A stretch of DNA of 64,000 bases. Origin: Perna viridis. Taxonomy: Eukaryota. The notes under the pieces are model-generated. The model worked only from the letters and a program-made list of their open reading frames with translations, had not been told where the DNA came from and ran no database searches. The position numbers and the translations under genes were made by a program. The stretch spans positions 19,034,001 to 19,098,000 of the forward strand of contig CM074522.1 of the NCBI GenBank assembly GCA_037379345.1, given 5' to 3'. This document shows positions 49,901-62,706 of this stretch, piece after piece. Numbering within the stretch: the stretch's first letter is position 1; every line of letters starts with the position of its first letter.

Positions 49901-50031
49901 AAGGTCAGCGGCAGTGCCCATAGTCGAGCGGAACATGTGTACAATATGGTACTTGCATCATATGTACATCCGGTCGGATTCAAATTAACATGTGGTAGGA
50001 TCAAAAGAACCACCAAAAACTGGAAATTCAT
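46995..50031 (-). CDS. LRR single-pass membrane protein, paralog C (about 532 aa, Asp/Glu-rich tail); exons 50031-49164, 48358-48293, 47659-46995
   Basis: ATG at 50031 gives signal peptide MNFQFLVVLLILPHVNL followed by NPTGC, as in the paralogs. LRRs and WHCSC LRRCT. The 66-nt exon 2 reads GKRAASFYQAECENYSPCDGKL. TM LFQLIISFFSTVFSFTAFGTIIIIM, then an acidic tail ending NTCYV*. Confidence 0.88.
47972..48160 (-). mobile_element. Penelope-like element 3'-end fragment
   Basis: ggactccactaaaa..gaccaggtgcaccggtagggtaagcgtcctgtgcttttcta..gagttgctcataaaa. Confidence 0.7.
48590..49012. mobile_element. CACTA/EnSpm-type MITE in intron 1 of paralog C
   Basis: aaa|CACTACTGGCTAAAATAATGACTG ... CAGTCATTATTTGGCCCAGTAGTG|aaa. 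CACTA termini with a short A target duplication. Confidence 0.75.
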
Positions 50032-50649
50032 ACCTTGTCCGGTATGAATTAGACCGTAAACCACATTGTTTGTAATTGACGTTTGATTCCGCAAGATTAC
50101 CAACCTAAACACCAATATCAACTTGCAAGATTGTCGCCATTTTGAAGTTGTGTTTACGGAAAGTCTCATTTAAACCGCAGCTTGAACTTTTTAGTTAAAC
50201 TGGGTCATCTGCTGCTTTACTTCTCGATTAATAAAACCATAATTATCGACCAACTTATGGATTAAAATGTATATTCGTCCTTAATTATTCAGGGTCTATG
50301 AGTCAAATACCTCAATTGGAATTAAAGAATATTGAAAATTAAAAAAAAAAAAACGGATAAAATGAAATGACTATGATTTTTTTAGTTTTGAAAATAGCAT
50401 TTTATTCACCACACACACGATCACAGTTTTTTTACTTTTCATCATAGTTCTTGTTGTTTTGTTACTAGAGTTGATGTCTTATGCCACAGACTATGTTCAA
50501 TTTGCAACTCCGAAGATTTAGCATGTTGTAGCTGTAAACGGCTTAGCCAAATTTCCATTCATGCTGTAGACTTGGGGTATTGCTCTCGATTTTAGGCAGA
50601 GTATTGAGTGAACTTACGTCTTTTTTATTTGCTTTCTTTAGTTTGCTTA

Positions 50650-50782
50650 NNNNNNNNNNNNNNNNNNNNNNNNNNNNNNNNNNNNNNNNNNNNNNNNNNN
50701 NNNNNNNNNNNNNNNNNNNNNNNNNNNNNNNNNNNNNNNNNNNNNNNNNNNNNNNNNNNNNNNNNNNNNNNNNNNNNNNNNN
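50650..50782. other. Assembly gap (133 N)
   Basis: Run of N between paralogs C and B. Confidence 0.99.
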
Positions 50783-53700
50783 TCGTCTTTTTTAATCATG
50801 TATTTTCTTGTATGTCTCATTGTCAGTTCATATCGTTCTCGAATATGTGTTTCCCAACAGATTTTCCTCTTTGGTTTTCCTTATTTGAATTTACCCGTTT
50901 GTTTTTTCTTTCCTCGTTTATTCAGATTTTTTATCAATTCAGATCGAAAATCAGAATTGATATAGTAGTCACCAGAGCCTTTAAATTTGTAAAGCCTGAT
51001 AGCATCTGCAATTATCTTACACTACCGCAAAAAAAATAGTCCCGTTGGCATACCCCATTTAGGTTCAAATGCAGATAGTTAGTTCCATTTAATAGATATT
51101 CTTAAAATATTAATTTATAAAATTTGATTTATGTAATTTACTTCAATAAACAAACCCAATAAACACATTTTACTGCGAACTAAATATACTGATTAAGTAG
51201 AATTATATAATTATCAACGATCCAATTAAAAATAATTGTTCTCTAACCTCCTATCGGTACAAATATCCCTGTTTATTTCTATGCATTTATCCGAATCAAG
51301 GAGTTATATATAAATCCTTTCCCGGATAAATCACTAGTCGTTCACTGTTGACTATTTATCTTCAGACGCATAATAAACCGTTTGATGTTTAGCTAGAAAT
51401 GAAAATTATGCGCGACTATAAGGCAACGACTATTTTTATGTTGGGAGGGGGACTGGGATTATTTCGAAAAAAAATAAAATTATTTCGAATTTGAGGAATT
51501 TTTTTACTCAGCCATGGACAGAAAAAAATATGATCAAATATCCCCCCATTATAATATTCACCTTAATGTAGATTTTCTCTGCCAAAAAATATATACATTG
51601 TATACTTCTTCGCGTCTGTGTGAAAAAAAATTCTAACGCAACATAAAATCCCACCCCCAGAAAATAGTCTGTGCCTAGTCTTCGATCATAGAAATGATGC
51701 TGAGTACCAATTGGAATAACTGTCTTCTGATACTTCACGTAGGCCTTGGTGAGATATTTCCAAAAAGGGTGCTGTGGATCCGATCAAGAAACTTATATAA
51801 ATGCGTTCCATACTATTATTTGTCCTTAATTTTTGGCCATTTTTTTACGAAATGGTAGCATACCCCGAAAGCATCCCGATGTAACACTCAATGTATCGTA
51901 CATTTTTATTACGGTTACCGCTTCATGACATTGGAAGTCGGGGGATGATAAATCAAAAACCTTGCTTAGACGATGGCATATGCATTTCGATAATGCATTT
52001 CTCTGAAATAGTGTCAATCTGTGGTCTGGTGATATTTATTTTTTGTAATAATCATTCTATTTGGCAATTTTGGCCATGTGTAAAGATAAAGTAGCGCAGG
52101 TGCAGGAGCATTAAAAGAGCATGGCTAGTGTTTTCTATATTCTAAGACTTTGGAGTTTATGTTCATGTACGCGTGTCTAGAACTAGGTGCTTTGGAACTA
52201 AGTGCTTTAAATGATACATAGGTGTCTCTGCGATAACTTGTAGCACTTATCAAAAGAGGAATGTAGCCAGTTGAGAGGGACATGTATCTAAGGACATGAA
52301 TTATTTCAATGATTTTGGCTTAAGTTTGAATAATTTGTCAGGCAGCTTCGACTTGGGGTCTATAAATTAAATTTCGACTTGAAAATTTATAAACTAGGAA
52401 AGGCCAACTAGTACTTTATAGTTAAATTACGCAACTTATCTCGGAGAGTTTTGTATAAATTCATCTAGGTATTCCGTGTTAACCGACATCGAACCTGGAT
52501 ATTACGTAAACTGACGTATGGCAACGATGTATCATGAATTGGGTGTTCATTTTTTTGTAACATTTTTCGAAATCTGAATTGTGAATTTAAAATAAAAAAT
52601 CAGTTGAATATTAACTATTTAGAACTATATAATCTTGAGTTAAAATGCGTTTGAATTTGACCCCCGTGCTTTCCTTTTTTCCCTTGTCTTGTAATTTGAC
52701 GATTATTTGAGGCGTAAAATTCAAACGACCGATATAAATTGATTCAGTACGTGAGTACTTTGGTTCACCGTTGTTTTTGTTTTATTTGATTCATCTCATA
52801 TATTTTTCGGAATTAAAAAGATCACTCTTGCTATATATGCTTCCTCAAAGTTTTGAATTTGATTTGACTCCGATTGATTCTTATTTTTAAATAGCAATTC
52901 AGCTAAGAATCATGCAAAATTTGATTCATGGTTGGAAAGCCTTCGGCTACATATTTTTATTTTTGATGTTATGTTTAAAATGTAAATAGTTAACATAGAT
53001 AAACGTGTGGCTTTTCATAAAACCCGTCCTCTTAAAAGATAAATACTGTATATAATGTACTGTAGAATTCCAAATTAAGGGAGATAACTCTGTAAATTAC
53101 ACTTAAATACAATAGAAGCTATTCAAAAGCTATTTCTTCGGAGCAGACAGAATGGAATGAATAATTATTATACATTTCATCATTAAGACTTATAAAGCAA
53201 CTTATTAACAAAAATAAAAATTTGTAGCCCTTGTTTTTGTATGTATTTTTGATTTCATTCTATTTCAAATGAAAGGTTGATAGGCTTTGATGAAATTAAA
53301 TATGATGAAAACATATCACTGATTTCAACAGTTATGTCCCTTACCCTAGGTCTACCTCAAGTGTCGGTTCACCTGTATGTTAAATACTTGTAGTTCAATT
53401 CTGAGGTATGTATAAAATTTTGATTTCTTACCCCAATAAGTTCTCTTTGAATATACGCCTAAAATTGCTGTTTTCAGCAGGGCCGTCTTCTATGATTACA
53501 ATATTATACAAGTCATGTAGTATTAGTGTTGAGCGGTTGTTTCCAATAGATGTTTACAATATCTGTTTTATTTACAGTTGAAAGTAAACCCTTGAAATTT
53601 ATAAATAAAAGGACATATTGCATTCGTTATAAACATTATCATAGTGTAAAAGGTCATAAACTTTGTCAGAAAATGGGTTGTGTGTTTTTTAATCCCTGTT

Positions 53701-53801
53701 TATTTGAACGTCAACATCGATAACTTTTTTATAGTCCAAGTGGCCTCTATTTTGTAATGCACACTCCCGAAGTACATACAATGAGTAGATAAAGTGACCG
53801 G

Positions 53802-56800
53802 TCAAAAATTAAGACCTGTGGTTTTTCTTCTATGTGGAACAACCCATATTCCAGACACAGGGTGAACATTCTCCAACGCTTTCAATTTATCCTCCAATGC
53901 TCTATTAAGTCTGTCGTTCCTTAAATCTGCAAGGTCGATAGAACCATCGTCGTTATCGATATCGTTGTTAAAACCTACGTAATCGTCGATATTATCATTG
54001 TACATTTCGTCAATGCCATTTTCAACAGGATTTGTCTTTGTTGGATATGATACATCGTCTAAATCATTACCCGTGTTTTGAGAATCAGTATTTTCGTTTC
54101 CGGTTTCAGGGGTCACTTTCCTTCCGCCTTTTGACAGTGCTATCATCAGAGCTAGCTTTCTTTTTGCATTTAAGAAATTTCCCTTGTAACTCTTAGGTTC
54201 AAATTCGTGGTCATTTTGGTCCATTTTTTGTTGCATAAGTTTGGCAAACTTGCTTTCTCTCGACTCTTCTACGACGATAACTTCTTCCTCGAAATATTTT
54301 CGAATCTGAGTTTTTCGCCGGCAAAGATAAATTATTATGGTAAGTGAGATACCCGTCATGACAAGAATAGGCACAAAAAGTCCATATGAAACGATATCGA
54401 TCGCTTTCAAACACGTCTCTTGAATAACGATGCCTGTAAATATAGGGTATTTGTTGCTATAATTATTTTATTTCAAAGCATCATGTAAATAATTGTAACA
54501 GTGACATAAGCATGCACACGAAGTCAACAAGTGTATGTTATAACTACATGTAGTCGACGAGCATTGTTATTGTACATGTTCATGTACCACACCGAAGGAC
54601 AAATATTTTTGTTCTACTCAAACCCTACCTCGCAGAAGTATATATATATTCGTGCTCACCACGCAATTTCTACGGGGTTTACTTTTTATTCGCTTTTTTT
54701 TTTTGTCAAAAAATGAATTGGCCAAGATCTGGACATCCTCCCAAGTCAGGGTTTTGAGTCCACCCTCGCTCACTCATACCCATGATATCACTCATTCATA
54801 TTTAGCGGGTATCGTCCAGCGCCATCTAGTGAGTTACTTAAATTTAACCCGGATCCAAAACCCAATCAAATCACTCGTAATAGAAACTCTTCGATAAAAC
54901 TTACAAAGTGGCTACACATAACGTCATTTTTTTTCAGTAAAGACTCTAAACAGATTCTACAGTTATCATTTTTGCTCACATTGCATTATTCATGACATCA
55001 TACAACTTTCAGTTATTATACCGGATCGTCCATTACCTCGTATTATTGCTCACCTTTCCACAGAATTTTATATTGAATCGATTTTCATTGGTGCTTCTCA
55101 CCCGGAGAAGCAATTAATCGGAATTGGCTGGACGATACCCGCTAAATATGAATGAGTGATGTCATGGGTTTTGAGGGAGCGAGGGTGGACTCAAAACCCT
55201 GGCTTGGGGGGATGACATCTGGAGTAAAAAAAGGATATTATTTTGATCCACATATGGCCCTTTTGATGTAGTACACCTTGTAGTGTTACAGAAGAAAACA
55301 TTAGTGTCTTCTAAACCTATTCCACGCATCTACTAACTCCCCCTCCCGTATACTAATGTTAACAATCTCGCGTTTTTTTTTCAGTTTTACTTAATATTAT
55401 AATATCCAGGTTACGATAGAGAAAAAACTCACCAAGTTCTCCGTTACAAATATCATATTTAAGACAGTTTGTAGCATAAAATGATACTGCCCTTTTGTCT
55501 GAAATACACATAAAACAAGAAATAACCAGATTTGAATTCGTAAACATTCTATTGGGTTCTTCACCATGGATTGGAGTACTTAGCGCTTGTCTTCACAATT
55601 TTTAGAAATAAATTATTTTACTTTATTTAACGCTCGAATGCTTTAAAAAGATAAATCCTGCCCCTGTAAGACATATTTAATAGATTAAAATTAAAGTCAT
55701 CTTGTATTTTAATCAATGATATTGAAATTTTATATGGAATTTAATGTTACATGTAGTAATTTATCAATTGATTATAGTACACAGGAACAGATTGCAATAT
55801 TTATGTTTTCATATATTTAAACACTTAGAAACAAATCTTTTAATCAACAATAAATGAAAACCATACTGCTTTCATACATATTCACGAAAGGCATGTAATT
55901 ACCATATTAATCATATTATTATTTTTTTTTACCTTTTTTCGTGAATTGATTTATTAGTCCTACACATATGGGTTTTTTTTATTACGGTCTAACACACGAG
56001 GCAAAACGGTTTTTTTAAGCTTAACACATATGTAACCATACGTTGCAACTCTTCTTGTGTATACGTACTTGCATATCCTGATGGCAATGAACAGATGAAA
56101 TCTCCAGTTAGTGTTAAATTGTTCTCAATGGCAAATGGAATGAACCAAAGGTTGTCACAAGTACAACTCCATGAAACTCCCCACATGCTGACGTGTGACA
56201 AAGAATGAAGGCCTGAAAACAAAAACGATGGGATGCTGGTGAAATTATTGTGATTTAAAGTTATGTTTTTAATATTTGGAATACCATAGAACGTGTCTTT
56301 TGAGATGGATGTTAGCTGCAGACCGTCTAAAACCACTGACGATGCGTTTGCTACATTGTAGAGAACCCCGAATGGAAGCTGACCGGAAGTTACTACTGAG
56401 TCCCTAATGACGAATTCGCCTTTAGGTTGCGGAGCACTGGTGATTTTTATGACGTTTAGACTCCGGAAACTATCTGCAACCATGTTTGTGATTGAGCCAC
56501 CATAAATTTGGAAAGAGTTGAGAGTACCGATGTGCTGAAATACGGATACTGGCACAGACAATATGTCACAATCTGTGATAGCTACCTCTTCAACAAAGCC
56601 GAAGTCTTCGAAGGTATCCTTTGTAATGATTAGAAAACCAGAAGCAAGACACATAATTGTCAAAGACGGAGAGTATCTAGAATCAAACGTCGCCGTGTTT
56701 ATGGCGCTAAATCCTGTAAAAGTCGGTCCAAGTGGAGCCGTTCCAGGAAGTTCACCACTGACATCATTTAATAATATTCTCTGAGGTTGTACTGTGAAAT

Positions 56801-56942
56801 CGGTGAACTGTAAAGGCAGGCTCCAGTACCTCATGCTACATGTATATAAAAGGGTGCTAGTTTCGTAGGAACATCCGACTGGATTGCCGCGGATAAAAGG
56901 CAGGAGGTTCAGAACAAAGACCGATTTACACAATATATTCAT
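53802..56942 (-). CDS. LRR single-pass membrane protein, paralog B (about 523 aa); exons 56942-56069, 55498-55433, 54433-53802
   Basis: Signal peptide MNILCKSVFVLNLLPFIRG then NPVGC. LRRs (IKNITLNHNNFTSIPSFLF) and WSCTC LRRCT. The 66-nt exon 2 reads NKRAVSFYATNCLKYDICNGEL. TM IVSYGLFVPILVMTGISLTIIIYL; tail ends TTGLNF*. Confidence 0.88.
54734..55214. mobile_element. MITE with ~87-bp TIRs in intron 2 of paralog B
   Basis: catcctcccaagtcagggttttgagtccaccctcgctc...agcgggtatcgtccagc / gctggacgatacccgct...gagcgagggtggactcaaaaccctggcttggggggatg. Confidence 0.8.
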
Positions 56943-58533
56943 TGTGATGCGTCCTACAGCATTATGAAACTAAAATCATTTGATATGTAAACTCAAGTTC
57001 TGTTTTAACTGTGGAACCGTTTTTATTTAGTTTTACACATCCAGGTATATTTACAATCATGGCTTTCGTTCCGGTGGAATTTCGCAGAAAAAAACAGCAA
57101 GATGACAAGAATTACAGCACGACTTTGATACATTGTGAAACATTCCTTAACATTCTGAATCTACATCCTTAGATATGAAAAAAAACTTATGTTATAACAG
57201 ATGAGTAGTATGTTTTCACAATTAGATATATTTTCGATCTTCCGAATGTATGATATACAATGAATGTCAAGTTGTATCGACTTGTTTACGACGTACGAGT
57301 TACTTGTTAAAAATAATACCAAAACGTATTAATTCTATTTGCATATAAACTTAATCGCATTAGTCCAAAAACTATTTTGTAAGATTTGTTATGAATATTA
57401 ATTCAGATATTGAACCATGTTAAGCCTAAAGACCTACATGTAATTAAATTTGCGTGAATTTTGTACCCATTGAATTATTGGACATCTTCGAACCGGGTCG
57501 CGTCATTGGCGGAAAGGTGGTACCAGGATTTATAACCATTTATGGGGTGGGAGGTATTTTTGTAGATTTAGTTAAATCCCGACATAGATTTTAGGATCGG
57601 ACACCCTCTTTTATACACTTTTTTTTGGGGGGGGGACCGCTCCAGCGCTTCTTGAGCGCTTCAATCCACTCCTACATCTGTGCAGTGAAGAAGACTTTCT
57701 CAATTTTTTCAAACAAAATATTGTGTATTGTGCAATATATTTACAGGAATTTATAAAGGATTGATTTTTTTATTAGAATAAATAAGTTCTCTAAAATATG
57801 CAAAGTCAGTCCTTAACTTTTTGTGTTCTGATTAAGATATATACACTTGTATATTTTTTGCACATGTAACGAGAAAAGGTCGAATACATAGTTTGATGTT
57901 GGTGTAAGAGTAGCGTACATTTGACAGGAGATCGGAGTCCCCACTAAATTCCAGTGTAAACCTGAGATTAAGTATACATTCGATTGATAACACAGATCAC
58001 GTGTTAAAAGTAAGTTAACCAATCAACACACCAACTGCAAATTGCCCCCACTGAAAAAAGTTCCTTGAGCTTATTTATGACCATAGAAAAGGGAACGGAT
58101 CTATAGTGAAATTTATAGTGAAATCATCATAAACCATGTGTCCTTTATCAAATATTTGTTTGAAATTTTAAATTTGATCTTGAACTTGATATCACAAAGC
58201 AATAAATCGTGCAATTAAAACCAACGCAGGGCCAAAAACTTACTTGAAGATTTCCATAGAAAAAAATGTATATTGGTGAACGTACTAACAAGATAGCACG
58301 ACTCAGCCACTTTGACTAGTGTCTAAGGAGTTACTTTATTGTGGCTGGAAGGTGGGTATTCAATCTGGTAAGACGTCAAATCTAAAGGGAACAGATACGG
58401 CGGAATATACTAAAAAGTCAAACGACACAAAGACTCATTAATGACCAACATCAGACTGTGGACAGGCGCATGCCTGCGGTGGAATTAAATTAGTCTTATA
58501 AGGCCTTAACTACCTCCTTTAACGTAATATCTA

Positions 58534-59058
58534 TTGTTTGTTTGTTTGTTTGTTTGTTGGGGTTAAACGTCCGAGCAGCAATATTTCAGCTATATTCAGA
58601 CGATGAACATGAAATGGATGATAAAATGAACATGAGATGATGAAATGAAAAAGGGATGGGACACAAGGACAACGGGGTCGACAAATTTTGATTGCCACTG
58701 GAAATAGGGAGAGTTGGGTAGGGTCGGGCAATTTAGCCTCCTGTGGCGGAGCCCTATGGTTCCTACTCCCGGAGAATACCACAGTAGGGTTCTTTAACGT
58801 GCAAGGAACGTGGCATCTTTCCCAACACGGTGCACCACTATGGTTTGCGGTCAGGTTTTCCGTATTATAGCCTGACAACTCCAGCATGTAACACGCCAGG
58901 GGTACCCCATTCCACCACCTGGGGCACACATCCCAGTTGCTCTGTGAGCAGAGCGCCCTAGCCCCCAGCTAGGGTTCTGAGCACTATTTAGTCGCCTTTT
59001 ACGACAAGCTTAGCGCTGCTGCAGGCCTATTCTTGTAACACCCGGACCTGCACAGGTC
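58534..59058 (-). mobile_element. Second full-length copy of the SINE-like element, (CAAA)n tail
   Basis: Reverse complement of 35829-36321. Imperfect 12-bp TSD ACGTAATATCTA (58522-58533) / ACGTAAGGTCTA (59059-59070). Confidence 0.85.
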
Positions 59059-61539
59059 ACGTAAGGTCTAAAATTAACTGAAACAACAAATAAACAAATC
59101 ATAAAATTCACTCAGTAATATACCCATTTCTTCTTTATGGAATACCTCAAGTTATTTTATAGATAGCAATGTTTTATCGAAAGAAACCAGTGTAATAAAT
59201 TTCGATAATTCACACCGTGAAATAAATTCGGTAATTTCGCTCTCGGACTTTCTCCCGCCAAAATGTCACAACTTTGATATCAATCCGCCGTTCCCAAATT
59301 TTTAAAATTATGTTGAAATCAACAAGAATTATGAAGGAACTCTATATAATACATGTAAATAGGATAAGGAATTGGTTATCGTGTATAACCAAATTATGAT
59401 CACTCATGCCACGAACGCAGCAAGATTTAACTCGTGCGCGGAAAAGGTTCCGCACACTCATTAAATCTAGGCGTTCTTCGGCACTCGTGATCATATTTTG
59501 GTTATTCACTCCTTCCAATTAATTATCCCATTAATACTACTTATATAAAAATGAGATATCCAATTAAGGAACGTTCGCAGTTACTGAAAGCTACCAGGAC
59601 ATATTAAGAATTATTGATCATAATCGGTCACTTCCATTCCAGTAGTTTAAGACTGGAATTGAAGTAGTAACGTAGAGTATTGAACGGACAAGACGTGGGA
59701 TATATTACAATACTTAATAATTATTTAGTTTTTACGTATTGCAATTAGGGGCCGAATATCTGTATTTTTGAAAACTGGGTTCAAAGGATAGACAATGAAT
59801 TGACAATCGTATACTTTTCGAATAAATATATTAAGGGCAGTAAGTTGCTAAATCTATTGGATTTTGTTTGAAAGACTGTTTAAAAAAAACCAAAAACAAA
59901 ACAAAACAAAAAAAATGGGTGATCATTAAGCTTCTATGGTAATGGTAAAATTCTGATAATTCTTATTTTTGATTTTTATCACCACACCAAATTTAAAACA
60001 AATAAGTCAGAAAGTTTCTGAATTAGACCAATACTACTATTTGATGTTAATCGTTCAAATAAGATATACGTTTTAGGGCCGGAAGCGCCACCTGAAAGGT
60101 GTTAATTTTACCAAAATTTTAGTTCTGTAATGAGGTTTATATTCGATCTACTTTATGGTTAAATGAAACGGGAAAATCTTTTTTTTCTGTCAACCAAGAT
60201 ATTTTTGTGATATGTGAATATATAAATAACAGTCTTTCACCGTGTATTTATTAATTTTGAATTATAGGAAAGAATAGAAGGGTCATAGTTTTACGTATAA
60301 TTTTTGTCGAAACATTTAAAACTCGAAAGAAGTTTAGTTTTTTTTAGTTTATACTTGAAAATTTCGAAACTTTTCAATGAAACTCGATTTTTTTAGTTAA
60401 ACTTTGAACAAAATCAACTATTTCAAGTTTAAAAAAAAGTATGTACCTAATATGATTTCCTTGGATAATACGGAAGCGTACAAGCGCCACCTATAATTTT
60501 TTAAAAAGTTTTTTGCAGCATCGTTTCTTCATTGGATTCTTTCTGAAAATACCTGCCTGTGTTTTTTTTTATCAGATTCGTGGAATCTCCGAGTTTTTAA
60601 CAACATGGATTAACAGGTACTTTATCAAGCGCCAAGACAGCCTCTGACGTTCGAAATTCAATCTATACACTCCAGCCAGCCCTCTCATAAAATGCAAGAA
60701 TCTTGCAAAGTTGAAAAAAAATGAATGATTCCATCTGAATTTAATAATATCCGAAAAATTTCGAAAAACCTGTCTGCACCGGTTAGTAAGAGAGGAAATG
60801 AACGACCGCCGCTGCACGGAGCTTGTTCCTTTATAGTCTTGTTAACAGACATAAACATATAAAGAAGGTGTCAACTGAAGATATATATATATATATTGAT
60901 ATTGACATATTCAACATCGTATCGTTTCTTGTTGACTAGTGATATTATGCCTACCGAAGTTTACTGCTATCTGCTGCATTACTGCATTAATTGAACTATT
61001 AGAGTATAACAAATGCGCATGCATACATTTTTCTTTATCATAAATTGTTCAAATCTTGTGACATCAAATCATTTTTAAAATTGATAAATCGGTCGTGAAT
61101 GTACATGTAATCAAGGCGACCGTCAGTGATTTTGACTAAAAACCAACATATGTTTATTTTACAACTCATGGAAATATTGGCCTTCATTTGTTTGTTAAAG
61201 TAAAATTAAAATATATATTTTTGCACAGGTTAATTACAAGTTAATCTGGTTTGCTGCAATTTTTTTTTGTTTGATTCATATGCAGTTTATTTACAAATCA
61301 TGCAATACAGCGATCTCCCATTTAAGCCCAGGGGAGCTATAAAGGGGTTCCTCGATTTCTTACACCCTTAACACCCAGTGATTGTGGGAAGACATACAAA
61401 TAAACCTCCCATTATTCAAATTAAACACTTATACATAAAATATTCTATATCTTGAACAATATCACAATTTATTTATTGTAAGTACCAGCCACATGCACCT
61501 CGATTAAATCAGTGAACACAGCAGTTCTGATAACCTGTT

Positions 61540-62232
61540 CAAAATAAGAAATAATTAATCTTGATCCCTCGAGATATTATATCATTCGCACTAGAATGTT
61601 GTCTTGTTTCCTCAAAACTTTATACTGTTCCCACAAGAGAGGGAACTAGTTCCATCTTGTTTTATATACGTCTCAGAATGTGACGACTCTATTCACTACA
61701 CTGTTCCATCGGATCAAATTGATACAGGGAAGATATATAAACGTATAGATAGGTCTGAAACGATTTTAGAACTGTCAAATTTGCGATGCAAATGTTTGGT
61801 CGTTCCCTCCGCGGGACTCGAACTCGTACCGCTGTGACATCTATGGCAACACTGCCTGCACGAAGTCCAGCGCCCTAGACCACTCGGCCAGCTAAGCTAT
61901 ATATACATCGTTCCCTTAAGATGATATATCATTCCCAAAAGATGATATGTCGTTTCCTCAAGATGATCTGTAATTCCCTTAATATATTATGTCGTTCCCT
62001 CAAGATAATACGTAACTCTATAACTACTTTGTGGGAGCGATATATTATCTTGAGGGAAATGACATATTATCCTGTTGGAACGATAATATAACTTCCTTGT
62101 GGGAATGACATATTATTTGAGGGAACGATATAACTTCCATAAGGGAACTACATACTATATTGTGGGAACGACATATTATTTTGAGGAAATGACATAAGAA
62201 ATATTTTTTGCATGGCTGCATTCTTCTACCGT
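61540..62232. repeat. Foldback-like array of ~22-bp tcgttccctcaagataat / ttgagggaacgatata units, interrupted by a tRNA-derived element
   Basis: Direct units at about 61560-61640 and 61909-62010, inverted units at 62030-62195. Confidence 0.55.
61665..61908 (-). mobile_element. tRNA-derived repeat (SINE-like head with Pol III A and B boxes at 61804-61898)
   Basis: Minus strand reads GCTTAGC-TGGCCGAGTGG-TCTAGGGCGCTGGAC...GAGTTCGAGTCCCGCGGAGGG. A and B boxes are present but the acceptor stem does not pair. Confidence 0.6.
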
Positions 62233-62706
62233 ACTGAACAGTCATCAGAACTGGGATTTTTTTTAACCGCGAATTGCGGATTGATGTAAATGACGTCACC
62301 ATGTTATATATACTAAATAACTTGGTTTACTCAAAGAGAACCAACTTATCAAAAATTTTGACTATTATAAATCAAATCAAATCATGCAAAGATAACTGTC
62401 ATCCGTGTATTGGGTTTGAAAAAAAGATGGCGGAATAATATTGGAATTCTCGTAAGGAATTATAAAATTCGATTAATTTAAACACAATAATTGTAAACAC
62501 TAAAGTACATCGTATCTAAAAAAAAAGAAAAGAAACACATAACGATTGACAAGAAAAAAAAACTATAACTTTAATACTTATTTTGCGAAAATCGCAGGTT
62601 AAGTGACTGACGTCGATTAAGTCAGTAGTCAGTCAAATCAGCTGATTATATAATTTAAGCACATATTACATATAATTCTCTTCTATATATGCAATGTATC
62701 CTTTAG

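Noticed and set aside
50032-50169. 46-aa N-terminal extension of LRR paralog C
   Set aside because: ATG 50031 gives a signal peptide aligned with paralogs B and D. The upstream part has no counterpart in them.
43516-56942. Calling the LRR genes Toll-like receptors, or single-exon secreted LRR proteins
   Set aside because: No TIR domain appears in any tail. Each long ORF has a GT donor just after the LRRCT start and splices in phase to a TM exon.
61804-61898. tRNA gene
   Set aside because: A and B boxes are present, but the acceptor stem does not pair and there is no clean anticodon arm. It is a tRNA-derived repeat.
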